DNA of 64,000 bases from Rhodosorus marinus CCMP1338 (Eukaryota > Plantae > Rhodophyta). Shown in pieces: positions 1-11,469 of the stretch. Each line of letters starts with the position of its first letter. Within the stretch, counting starts at the first letter, position 1. The notes under the pieces were generated by a model. The model was not told the DNA's origin. It ran no database searches and saw only the letters and a program-made list of their open reading frames with translations. Made by a program: the position numbers and the translations under genes. Where the stretch lies: NCBI GenBank assembly GCA_029953675.1, contig JAMWBK010000011.1, forward strand, positions 744,001 through 808,000, written 5' to 3'.

Positions 1-2
1 CA

Positions 3-371
3 GAAGGCACACTCTCGGCTAGAGATTTGCTGAATGACATCGCTACTGCATCCCAGTGGCCGAGCATAAGCGAGCTCGATGAGAAAGGTTCTCAAGGAGC
101 AAGGCAGAAAATGAAGAAAGCCCACAAGTGTCGGTTCTGTGAGAGCGAGTTCACGCAGAGCGGCCATCGGAATGAACACGAGGGCAGATTCCACTTAAAC
201 TTGGGGCACAAGTGTGATATCTGTCAGCAGACATTTGGGATGAGATCAAAGCTGCACAGACATCTTCGAAACGTTCATATTCAGGAGAAGAGGTTTGAGT
301 GCCACTGCGGAAAGCGATTTAACGAGAAGTATCACCTGAACCGGCACATGAAGATACACAAAGATACATGA
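3..371 (+). CDS. C2H2 zinc-finger protein, 3 fingers (5' end open at the window edge)
   Basis: Frame is open from base 3 (EGTLSARDLLNDIAT...). Fingers: CRFC..FTQSGHRNEHEGRFH, CDIC..FGMRSKLHRHLRNVH, CHC..FNEKYHLNRHMKIH. Paralogous to 3016 and 5102. Confidence 0.85.
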   Translation, partial: EGTLSARDLLNDIATASQWPSISELDEKGSQGARQKMKKAHKCRFCESEFTQSGHRNEHEGRFHLNLGHKCDICQQTFGMRSKLHRHLRNVHIQEKRFECHCGKRFNEKYHLNRHMKIHKDT

Positions 372-2884
372 CTTTGCGCCATTCCGCAGGTGCTTTTTTG
401 AGGATCAATATTTAATATCAATAAACTTAGCTTAATCATCGTATCACCAGTTAAGTTTCAATGTTGCCGCGTGTATCCGAGCAACCGGTAAACTTTGCCG
501 TTTGTAGTCAGGTAGTCCCGTCCTTTCTATGTCGTTGTAATTCTTCTAAAGGGTGGTGGTTTACTAACATAGCCTTAAGTGCTACGCACTGCGGAAAGGG
601 AACTACGCGCTAGGGCCAAAAGCATGCAAGCCCTGTCGGCCAAAAGAAAGGAGCAATCGCGTCCAGTGACCATTTGTAAAATCAATCATGCCTTCAGAAT
701 AGCCGTGAACAGATGCCCGACAAAGCACCAACACACGTTCGTGAAGCGACGAAGGAGGTTTCCTTTTGCAAGAGTGCTTTATCATCATCACAAGGCAACG
801 ATACAGCCTTTTCTACGAGGTTGAGAGCTCTCACTGTCATGCTATTCAAAGAAGTTTTCTGTTTTCGACTACTGTCCTTCATCCGAGGTCGGTAATAAAA
901 TTGACTCGCTCCGGATCCTGTTGGGCCCCACTGGAAGTCGAGAAATGGAGAAATGGTGACGTCGCGGCATATATCCACTCATTTTTCCTGTTAAAATTTA
1001 AAGCTCGACAAAAATCAGTGTCAGGGAAGAATGGCAATGATATGTTCTTTGAGACGGAAAATTTCAAATACTTTACAAAGCGGTAGGAATCGGTTGTATT
1101 TTCTGAGGAAGTCCGAAATGCACCCTATGGCGTTTGGTTCAGGTTGAGATTTGGAGTCCTCAAGTTTAGTAGAGCTGCTCATGTCAAACGATAGCAGCAC
1201 GCTCTGACATTGAGGTTCCGGAGGTTCCGGATCCAACAACGCATGTGAAGAAAGGCCGATGGATGATGTGATCTTCCAACTTTCATAGAGGGGGCGGTGG
1301 GGGGAGGAAGGGGAGTTTCTCACTACAGGTTTCAACTGAGACAAACGACTTGGAGTCATTTCAGAAGCAATCAACCTTCTTCCCACCAGCGCAGAAGCGA
1401 AATATTTTGTTGACAAGACCCACTTCAGTGAGCGATTCAATTACAAGGCGATAGTATAAAATGCAGATAGGAACCCGTCGAAATGTGCTTCGTTTAAAGG
1501 ACCCATATAAGTGAGAGTGACAGACAATTCGATCGTGGACAAGCAGATGGGAACCCGTAGACCTGCTTTTACATTTGATTGATTACTCGCCAGAAAAAAG
1601 CTGGAATTTTATGGACAGGCTGTCAGATTTAATTTTTTTGGTGGAAATATTTTGAAAGGTTACATCATCGTTTTCGACCGCTGAAACGGAAAAGTCAAAC
1701 AATATGAGAACTAGGCTGAGATTCAAGGTTTTTATTGGTCGGATGTAGAATGGGCGATCCTAGGAACCTTGGGGGAGCGATTCTCAAAAGCCTGTTTTTG
1801 TTGAGCAATCCGTGTGTCTCGCCTGCGTGGCACTAGTACTGGATGGGTTGAATATACCCGTAACTTCAGTTTCAACTACACCCTGCACAGGGACATTCTC
1901 CACAGGCGGAGGTTGGCGTAGAAACTGTTGAGTTTGACGCTCTACACAACACCCACACCAGCTCCAAAAAAAATAAACACCTTGCCACCACCAACAGTTC
2001 AATGTGTGCAACTGGAGTGGACGATGCTCACGAGTTTCTTGCCATCGAGTGGAGGCACGGAGGTACCACATTGGTGTGGTGTGGTTGGTTCCGGTCGTTT
2101 TCGGTATGAAGGTCAAGTTCATGCAGGAAACTTGGTGTGTTGTAGAAGACCTCCCCTGTTAGTACACTTCAAGTGCCTCCCTGTCCAAAGCAGTAGGTCA
2201 GAACCACATCCCACGGGCCAGGTCCAATGAACATTTTCGGTCTTTCAGTAGCACCCACTGCCTGTCAAACTGCGCCCAATACCTTAGTTTGTTAGGAAGA
2301 ACCAAATTAAAATTTAAGCTGACGTCGAGACATTTTCTCTTGACGACGAGGACTTGCTGGCCCCCTCAAATAGGCCATCTCCAACCGCCTCATAATGTGG
2401 AACGAGCGAGAAAATCCACGCCGCCTTCTCAATATAGAAGATCTTTTCTCTCGAATTATTTTCCAAAACATAAATAGAGAACGATGCCGCGGACATTCAA
2501 TCTTGGGCTGCAGCCAAAAATAATCTCGGAGCAATCAACGAAATAATTGGCTAAAAGCATTCATCCTTCGAAAACTTCGTACTTTTATTGGCTATAAAGA
2601 TGACTGCCCATCAGCAAACACGAACTATAAGAATTGTATTACGTTTTAAAATAAGGGGGTTTGGGATTCCTGAGAGTTGAACTCAATAAACTTGATTGAA
2701 TATTTGTTTTTGTAAGGATTGGGAGAATGAGAAATGCTATTTTTAAATCGCCAAGGAAACCAGGGAAGCGGTCCATCCTTGAATGTTGAAAATTTTAGAG
2801 GCGCCTTTCTTTGAAATCGAGTAATTTTTTTTTCCTTGCCTCACCTGGCCCAGGACCGTTTGGGGTTGAACGAGAAGATGACCT

Positions 2885-2893
2885 TATATATAA
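2885..2893 (+). promoter_or_regulatory. Candidate TATA box of the 3016 gene
   Basis: TATATATAA about 125 bp upstream of the ATG. Confidence 0.4.
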
Positions 2894-3015
2894 TCCAGGA
2901 AACACTTCCGGTGCAGTTCGTGGATGGATTCTGCAAGAGATCAAGAGCAAGCGGGGACAACAATGAACCTTTGACGTAGTTTATTGGAAAGTTGGAAGCT
3001 CGATACCAGTGTTAG

Positions 3016-3501
3016 ATGGACGTATGTTGGTTAGACATTCTGATGAACTCCGAGGGAGGACCGGATCCCATTTTTGATCGGACGGAGGCTGAAGAGCTGA
3101 AGCAGCTCTTCTACTCAGTTGGTGAGGAATCTATTCCATGGCGTAGTCTGCCATGTGACAGCGGAGAAGCTTCGAAAGAGTCCGAACTGGGGTGCGCGTC
3201 GGATGGATCGGCGGCCATGAAAGGAAAGCGCAGAGGGTACTCTTGTCGGTACTGTGAGAAGGAATTCACCCAGAGTGGTCACAGAAACGAACATGAGTGC
3301 AGATTTCACCTTCATATCGGGTACAGATGTGACACTTGCGAGAAGATTTTTGGAGTAAAATCGAAGCTGGACAGACACATTCGCAATGTTCACGGTAACG
3401 CGAGAAATTACAAGTGTTGGTGCGGAAAGGATTTCAAGGAGAAGTACTATCTGTCCCGTCATTTGAAGGCTCACGACAGGAAACGGAGTCCATCCCGATG
3501 A
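3016..3501 (+). CDS. Short C2H2 zinc-finger protein (161 aa, acidic N-terminus, 3 fingers)
   Basis: ATG ORF with helices QSGHRNE, VKSKLDR, EKYYLSR, matching fingers 2-4 of the long genes. TATA-like TATATATAA at 2885. An upstream exon is not excluded (AG directly precedes the ATG). Confidence 0.85.
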   Translation: MDVCWLDILMNSEGGPDPIFDRTEAEELKQLFYSVGEESIPWRSLPCDSGEASKESELGCASDGSAAMKGKRRGYSCRYCEKEFTQSGHRNEHECRFHLHIGYRCDTCEKIFGVKSKLDRHIRNVHGNARNYKCWCGKDFKEKYYLSRHLKAHDRKRSPSR

Positions 3502-5101
3502 GCAATTGACTGGGGTCGGAATTCTCAATTTTGGTTAATTTTTTTTATTCGCTAATAAAACCTAAAGTACTACTAGATATCCGTAAGTCCTTGCCATTCG
3601 ATCAACAGCCGCGACCGACTGCGGAAGGTACCTTTCCGAAACCCCTTGCGTTCCCGCCAAGGCGTGTTGTTTTGCGGGATTTACGCAACATGGAGTCACA
3701 TTGTGGCCGCAGGGGTTCGAGGGGACCCTTGTCGACCTTGGAATCACGTATGTCGATACTATTTTGGGATATTTCTATTTTTGGCATTTTCTGCATAGTC
3801 CTCGATTTCTTAAGCTCCGGGGAAGGAATTGTGCTCTCCGTTCCACCGAATTTTCGAGGTAGTTAGGAGCTGGAGAAGAAAGAGGGATGGATCCTTTAAC
3901 CTGAGCAAGCAGCCACGCTCATGCTGCTGCAATGGACCGCGATCCGTTTCTCCGCTGCCGGTAGAAGGGTGCCCCCATGCAGCGGACCTCGCAGCCCTGG
4001 AGGTGGGCAGGAATCATAGAGTATCGAGAATTGTGTGTGCACACCGTATGCTTTTTTTTGCTTTCGTCTGCAAGAACTGTCATGAACATAAATGGCTCCT
4101 CTCTTTTGGTGCAGTCTATTTTGCCCCTTCCGGATGCGTAAGAGCAGCTGCATTTCAAAAACATCCAATGTCTATGAATGCTGCTTAATAAGGCGCAGGC
4201 AGACGTTTGCGAAAAGTCGATGCGCTCTCAACCCGAATCCAACCCAAAAATAAACCAAAAAACTCAGGACGGTTGAAGGGAGGCTGAGCTCCAAAAAGAG
4301 ACCTGCTCGAGGCGAAGGCGGACTACAATCGATCTGCAGAGCAACAAGCGAAGACGGCCACGACTGCCTTTCCTCTGCAAGGTAAAATTGCCAGTCTTCT
4401 TCCTATACTATATTTGCTCGTTTGCTCTCCGCATTTATCCAAACTCGCCGTCGACGAAATTTCATTCTTAATTCATTTTCTAGACTATCTATTTTATTCT
4501 TAAAATCAATCTTAATCATACGTCCTAAAATTATTATGAAAATAATAGTTTGATCTTGAATAAAAGTTGAAAAAGCGAAGGACACCCAATTGACACAATT
4601 ATCACCAATGAACCGTCTGGTAGGTGTCTTTACGATTGTAACTTTTACGATAGAATTACTCAGCAAAAACCAGAAAGTGTATAAGCTTAAGACAGCTAGG
4701 CAGGTTGAATTGTGAATATATAGTCTCAGGAGTCCAGATTTAGAGCCCCGAGGGTTTTGGAGAAAAGGGACGGAAGTGGGCTTTAGTGGCCAGCTGCTGA
4801 TGAAGGAGCGGGTGCATATTGAATTGATGAAGAAACAATAGAACCAAGCTTCTATGGAGGATTGCGCGGCCCCTCATGGGGTGCGGATTCAGGATCCTTT
4901 GTCCCCGATTTGGAAGGTTGCGCTTACATTTCTCACTGTCATTGAGCTGCGCGCCACATGATGATGCTTAGCTGGCATTTATAACAAGGAGTACATCTCT
5001 TATGTACGACGAAGGCTTGTGTGTGAGGTATTGAGAGAGCAAGTGACGGGGGCTGAAGAAAGGTTCTACGAATCGTTTTGCGCTGTTCTCTTGTCTGCTC
5101 C

Positions 5102-5635
5102 ATGTGGGGTATTGAGAACGAATCTATGAGTTGGATTATGTATGAAGGAGATGATGGGCTGTTGAGGGATACCTGCATAGATCGAGGTGGAACGAGCCTG
5201 GAATCGATGAGAGATTGGCTCTGGTTAGATTCGGCTCGAGTGTTTGAGAGCGCGGACGAGTCGAGGGGGTCCGCACAAGCCCCGTTATCAGCTGGGTCAT
5301 CCTCCGGCCCTGGCCCGACGTCGTCCGGGTCAGCCTCAACAGAAGCCCCAATGCGTAGGAAAAAAAAGTTTCCGTGTCGGTATTGTGATAAGGAATTCAC
5401 CCAAAGTGGGCACAGAAATGAGCACGAATGCAGGTTTCACCTGAAGGTCGGCTACTGGTGTCCGACATGTGATGGAATTTTTGGGGCAAAATCCAAGCTG
5501 GACAGGCACGTTCGGAGTGTTCACAGTACGGCGAGAAACCACAAGTGTGAGTGTGGCAAAGACTTCAAGGACAAATGCAGTTTGACGCGGCATATGAAGG
5601 TCCACAGGCAGGGAGGTGATGGCGATCAGTCTTAG
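5102..5635 (+). CDS. Short C2H2 zinc-finger protein (~177 aa, acidic/Trp-rich N-terminus, 3 fingers)
   Basis: First ATG of the ORF is at 5102 (alternative 5126). Helices QSGHRNE, AKSKLDR, DKCSLTR. Close paralog of 3016. Confidence 0.85.
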   Translation: MWGIENESMSWIMYEGDDGLLRDTCIDRGGTSLESMRDWLWLDSARVFESADESRGSAQAPLSAGSSSGPGPTSSGSASTEAPMRRKKKFPCRYCDKEFTQSGHRNEHECRFHLKVGYWCPTCDGIFGAKSKLDRHVRSVHSTARNHKCECGKDFKDKCSLTRHMKVHRQGGDGDQS

Positions 5636-7004
5636 CTAGAGGGATCCCAGATTTTTCCTGCAATAACGACTTACTTATATATAGAGAAACAACAAACAGA
5701 TTGCCGGTTTACATCAAGCCCCGTTGCTAGGGTAGTTGTCTTGTCCTCGAGAAATGCGTTCCGGAGAGAAACTGGTATGCCCCGGATGCGCCCGTACTTG
5801 GTTAGTTGAGGTAAGAGGACGTATCGAGAACGGTGCGAAACCGCCCACTACTGGATGTCATGGCAGTTCAGGTTGTCACGTTCATCCTCAACTAACCTCA
5901 CAAAAAACCTTGCCGACGACGAAGCAGCGGCAACTTCAACTCTACGTCCCCACCGCATCGGCTCAGTCTCAGAGCGACCCAGTTTCACAGACGGCAATCC
6001 TCTACCTCCTGACACTAGAGGAGTTCGAGCAATTATCACCCGACCCTGGGCCACAGCAGACGGTGCCCAAATGTCCAAACCTCGTTTTCCGGTACAAAAT
6101 TTGAGGAATACGATTCGCACGTCTTGCCCTTTCTCCAATTAAAACTCCCAAAATTTTGGCGATAGCAAATCATATCTAGCCAAAGGCCCTTGCGACCAGT
6201 GCTCTAGTTCTGCGCAAGCAGTTTGAATCATTTTCTTGTATTCCGTATATTTTAAATGGTACACTCTTCCATCCAAAAATGGACCCGTTGACGGTCATGA
6301 GGAGCAACGGTCTTTAACTATTTTTAGATACATAGGGACAGGCGCGCCCAATTCGGCCTCAAGAGGTTCTCGGAAGTGCTTTGAACGGGTCTTCTAGTCA
6401 AGCGTAGTTCCTCGGTTGCAGTGGACAACCTGTCGGATGTTTCTAAGAAAATTTCTTCGCCGCCAAGAAAGGATTGTAGGTGCACTAGTTTGTTGCACCC
6501 TTGTCAATAACCTAGACTCTAGTTCCGAGCAGTGGTTAACACGATCTTGGAGTTGGGTCCATTCGTTCGTTCACAGGGTCTCGTGAAGCACATGAAGCAG
6601 GAAGGAGCTGGCTCATCAACCTATGGGTTTGTAAAGGAGACTAAAAGGTGCTAGTCGGGGTTCGAAGACAGCTGCAACCGGCCAGTAGAAGAGCTTGTGC
6701 GGATGAAGATGGGGTTGCCGATATCATCGTCCGCTTGACAGCTGCGTAGGGAGCGTGCGTCAAGCTGTAGATCGATCGCAGTAATTGCACGTGATCACAG
6801 CTTTGGGGCACTCAGACCCGAGTTGAGCCTCTTACAGTGTTTCCCCGTAAGAACCCCATGCCGTCACAGCTTGGACCGGGAATCATGTGCCAGAAGTAGT
6901 ACGGCAAAACTGAGTGATGTTGTATTGCGTGATTACAGCTACGAGTCGTCACGGTCCGCTGAGCTGATCCTCTTCGAAAAGCTGCACAAGAGCCCCTTCG
7001 CCAT

Positions 7005-7254
7005 CATTTCTTTGGAGGCTCTCCGAATTTGAGTCTGCCCGTGACTCCTCCAAACAATGAGATTGTCCCGCCGATACAGAGAGAACGAAGACTCCTTACT
7101 TATTATCCAGAAGGGTGGGGTTCCATGCTCTGCATTTCTTTGGAGCCTCGCGGAATTTGAATCTGCGTGATTCTCTCAAACCCGGAGAGTATCCCGCTGA
7201 CAAAGGACGAACGAAGACCTCGCTCACTACGCAGAACGTAGAACGTGGGGTTCC
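7005..7254. repeat. Degenerate tandem duplication, period ~128 bp
   Basis: CATTTCTTTGGAG..TC..(G)GAATTTGA.TCTGC...GAACGAAGAC...GTGGGGTTCC starts at 7005 and 7133. Confidence 0.8.
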
Positions 7255-10205
7255 TTTCTCCTTGTTTTGGATGGGTTGTCTATAGTAGTCTCCATAACGC
7301 GCGTGAAACGGGGGGAAGGTGAATTAGATCTTTGTTCTCCGAATTCAGTGAACCAAAACAAGGGAGTTCGCTGTCCAATTTACCAGTTGAGAACGTAATT
7401 GTACCATGGTAAAGAAGAAAACGATCCAGAAAACGACGTAAGCCTCCAATACGCCCCCAAACTGTGTTTGTGGTAGTACAATTGCTGTTCTCGCGCCCAG
7501 AAAGGCCCCCATGTTTTCTACAGCTTCTTCCCTGACGCATACCCGCTACGGTCTGCCCGCCCCATTAGAATTCCGATCCTCCAAATTGCGAAAGGGGTCA
7601 AAAGAGCGGTGCATGGTTTTGTGTACTCACGGCAAGCAAATTCCGATGGGATTGAGCTCTCTACTGCCAAGAGCTTAAGACGCGGAAACCTCTTCGAAAA
7701 ATCCCAGACACGTGCAACGCGCACTCAGACACGCTCCATCAAAAGTGAGTTGCATCCACTGACCACTTCTCCACGGACCTCTCCGCTAGCTCGGACAACT
7801 CCGCCAAGAAAAGCTTACAGTATACTCTCACCGTTGTGAGCCATTAAGGCTATACTTTGGTTTTCACTACGCGAAATGGCCGCACCAGTCCCTAAAAAAG
7901 GAGCAACCACCAACCCTTTCCCACCCCCCCCCCAAATTCCTACAAATGTCCACAGCATGCCCAAGCAGGTCAAAAAACCACGGAAATGGCTCCTATGCCA
8001 AACTGTGTTCAGACCTCCTGAAGATGATCCCTTTTAAAGTAAATAGAACAAAGTTTGAGGGTCCACCTGACGCTCCAGCCCACCACTTGAGAAAAGTGAG
8101 TCACCTCCATATACCTCCATTTTCCATCATAATTTTTGAGCAATCACTCACCCGCCTAGGCCTCCCCCCCCCCTCCCCAAGCCTTCTTCATGTACCCCTT
8201 AGCTAAATTGATCCACAGGACCTATACATTTGTAAAAGAAAAAGAGCCCCTAACCACTGAACGTTGCTTTCACGGACCACTCCTAGCATGAGCAAAGGGT
8301 CCCCCTGTCGACTGCTGAGGTTAAGCTCACAAACTACTACTTCACGTTGTTGTTTTTGTACCGTCATGGGAAGATGGATGTAAGCTATTTATGGAACTGA
8401 GAAAACGATTGGTACGTTACTGTAAGCCTAATAAGAATAATTAGTATTTCATAAAAGCGAGGTGCTTCTCCCCGGGGGGATTTTTCTCAAATGATTGGCT
8501 TCGAGATTCACAAAATCATGTGTTTTCTTTACTTTTGATAAAATCAGCCTACGAACAGCGGTGTGGGGTATTTTGGCGGGCAATAGAACCCCTTTTCGAA
8601 AGACTCGAAAAGTCGTGAAGGATAGTTTAATAGTCACCATCAGTCAATCCTTTAACCTCTAATACGTCCATATTGGTGTGATATTTAAAGGATACCTCGG
8701 TCAACTTGAAACAATCCCTCCCTTCCACATGACAGTTATAGGCACTCATTGTTTTACATGCTGGATTAGGGGGGCAAAATTCACCTAGATCAGTTTTTGA
8801 TGTTTATCGTAAATAAATCGAACACAATCTAAAAAAAGCATATTGCACGAAAATATCATAAAAAAGGCTCCTTGTCAAAGAAGAATTGCTCAGAATTCCA
8901 GAAAGAAAGAATAATTAAACCTGTACAGTAATTTTGTATTCACGAAAAATAATCCCCTCCCAGTTGAGGACTCCGACTTCTCCCTCATAGCACAAATTCT
9001 GAACACCGCCCCGTTCAACTATTTTTCGTTGTTTTTTTTTCCTAGATGAGAAAAAAAAATGTAGAAAAAAGCACTGCCCGGAAAAAATCTAGTTCTGCAG
9101 AAATAAATATGTGGATTCCAAAGCAGAATCTCTCTTTTGAACAGTTTTACGTTCTTTCATAAGTTTCACTTACGCACTCCCCCCCCCCCTCTTTTTCAAC
9201 CACTAGTTCTTTTGGAAACCATTTCAAGATACTTTTTCTAAGCAATCTTTGAAGATATGTTGAGTTCCGGAACACACACTTTAGTGGTAGCTCGGTAGCC
9301 CACTAGAGAGCAAACTCTACGCGCGAAACATGGAAAATCCCCAAAAACCCCGAAATCCAGTGGATTGGGAGAACAGAGCAAAACTTAAGCCGATGATGTA
9401 GTAAGGAAATCCCTCCGAAGCTCCGAGTCGCGTACAAGCTTTAGTGAAAATTATTCCGACAGTCGCAATATGGGGTCTTGTGAACCTTCGGTGCGGTGCT
9501 AAAAATGGCTCCGCCAAAAAGAAGGTCGTATGGAAATTGGTAGACTTTTTTACAGAAAAACCGAAGTAATTGAACTCTGGTTGAAAAAATTGGATGAAAT
9601 GACAAAGATGGAAAATGCGAAAGGAGGGCGAGATTTTCAATGATCTACTTTTAACATCGTCAGAGACACATATTTTAGTATAATATAGATTGCCTTTTGG
9701 TTTCCAAGGTGAGCTACGAGTTTTTTAAAAAAAATGGATTGGAAGGGAAGGGAGGGGGGGGGTAGGGGGGATCTGTTGGGGAATCAGCGATGAATGGGGA
9801 AAGCAAAATTCTTTTCGGCTGTGTGCGCTTCAAGCAACGTAACCAGAGCGTGGATGAATTGGATCGTTTTGAGATGTTAGGTGTGTTTGTCTTTGATTTG
9901 TTTTTTGGTGGGCCCCGGGGGAGGAAGGTAAGGGTCGCTGCCTGTACATGGTATTCATTGACAGGTGTGGCTTTTGTTTTTTTGTTTTTCGGATGCGAAA
10001 GTGCTTTCAAAATGCTGCGGAGAGTCTGCGTGGAGTCAGTAAGAGTTTTGGAGGCAACCTACCGAGGGGCAGGAATTTATGGCTTCTTTTCTAAATGGGG
10101 ATTAGGTTTATGGCCCCGCTGCGAGAGTAGTTTTCAAGCTTTTTGCCTGAGCCGTATCGGGTGTGAGCAATTACGATTCTCGTCAGAGCGGCAGGGACCC
10201 ATGTC

Positions 10206-10213
10206 TATATAAA
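10206..10213 (+). promoter_or_regulatory. Candidate TATA box of the 10333 gene
   Basis: TATATAAA about 120 bp upstream of the ATG. Confidence 0.45.
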
Positions 10214-10332
10214 GGGTCATGCTGAGCTCAGTGCGTGCATGTAAGCTGTCGTGAGAGCTGAGCGTCGAGGACACGTAGGGGAAAAGCTGTACTGAGAAAC
10301 CAAACTCGTTTGGAGACTATTTGCTTTAGAAT

Positions 10333-11469
10333 ATGGATGCTAGCGTTGACGTTGGGACGATCTTGTCAGATATCGCTACTTGGGAGGACATGGATGAGGG
10401 TCTGGACCTTGGTTTTTTTCAAAGCTTGGAGGCTCTAGGTGCTGCTGCGTTCGATGGGAACACGCGAAACGATGGAAGTAAGTTCCTTCACGGGTGTCCG
10501 GAAGAGAAGGCCGCGTGGTTGCGTTTCGAGGGTAACGGTCTGGGTAGTGACATCAACCCCGACTCCTGCTACCAGAGAGTGGTCGATTTGAAGAGGGATG
10601 TGTCCGTTAACAATGGGATCGCGGATGAGTTTTTTAAGCCGACTCTACTCAACGTTAAGAGACAGCCGGACATGACTATTAAGGGAGACGGCTGGATCCT
10701 TCACGGAGAAACCCCTATGAGGAACACCTGTGAACCGAACAGTGTCGAAACTTTGAGGTTTATTGAATTCTACGACGGCTCCGCCCCCTCTGTTGTTTTT
10801 TCAAAGAGAAGGGGGGCGGAGTTTGTTCTCATGAAGATGAGGATCGCAGACGATCACCACGCCGTGGTTCACACTGGAGTGATGAAGGCTGGATCGAACA
10901 CGGTGGATCAAGTTGCTGAGATGAAATTGAGGAGGGAGAGGTGCCCAACGATTCCTGGACTCACCTACGAGAATTGTCGATCATTCCATGGGGAAGAAAG
11001 CGAGCCTGCGGTTTGGTTCACTCTGCTGAAGATCGGAGGGCTCACCGGAACTTGGATTGTCGAGGACGAACTCAGGACGGGGTCCATCACGTGGGGACAG
11101 GATTCGGATAGACTGACGAGAGTGCACAGCTTCGAGTTTATCCAGAGGTGCTTAGGAATGGCTGGAATCAAGCCCAGGGTTCTGGAGTCACAATTTGCGG
11201 CTGCACCTCAGGGTTACTCTGCGGCCTCGGTGAGCAACGTGAGCGAGGAGTTCCCTTCCTCCGGTAGAGATATCAACGGGAAACAGTGCCCGCAGTGCCG
11301 CAAATGCTTTTCGGTGAAGTCGAAGGTGGTGCGACATATCAACACCGTCCACAAGAACATCAGACTTCACAAGTGTCATATGTGCGACAAGAGGTTCAAG
11401 GAGAAGGGACATCTGCAGAAGCACTTGAGATCCCACGTGAGGAAACAGCTCGTGAATGGACATATTTGA
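10333..11469 (+). CDS. Divergent N-domain plus 2-finger C2H2 protein (378 aa)
   Basis: ATG ORF with two C-terminal fingers (VKSKVVR, EKGHLQK = fingers 3-4). Distant matches to the family N-domain: GDGWILHGETP ~ GSGWAFxGGLP, LRFIEF ~ FRFMTF, LTGTWIV ~ LSGTWT, GIKPR ~ GVHPPR. Confidence 0.9.
   Translation: MDASVDVGTILSDIATWEDMDEGLDLGFFQSLEALGAAAFDGNTRNDGSKFLHGCPEEKAAWLRFEGNGLGSDINPDSCYQRVVDLKRDVSVNNGIADEFFKPTLLNVKRQPDMTIKGDGWILHGETPMRNTCEPNSVETLRFIEFYDGSAPSVVFSKRRGAEFVLMKMRIADDHHAVVHTGVMKAGSNTVDQVAEMKLRRERCPTIPGLTYENCRSFHGEESEPAVWFTLLKIGGLTGTWIVEDELRTGSITWGQDSDRLTRVHSFEFIQRCLGMAGIKPRVLESQFAAAPQGYSAASVSNVSEEFPSSGRDINGKQCPQCRKCFSVKSKVVRHINTVHKNIRLHKCHMCDKRFKEKGHLQKHLRSHVRKQLVNGHI

Noticed and set aside
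694-1440. Minus-strand ORFs 1021-1440 and 694-978 as a spliced gene
   Set aside because: No recognisable domain. The GT-AG join I tried did not give a convincing continuous product.
9505-9643. MAPPKRRSY...KTEVIELW resembling a pogo/CENP-B transposase N-terminus
   Set aside because: It needs a stop and a frameshift within 15 codons, and no DDE region or TIR follows. Too short to support.
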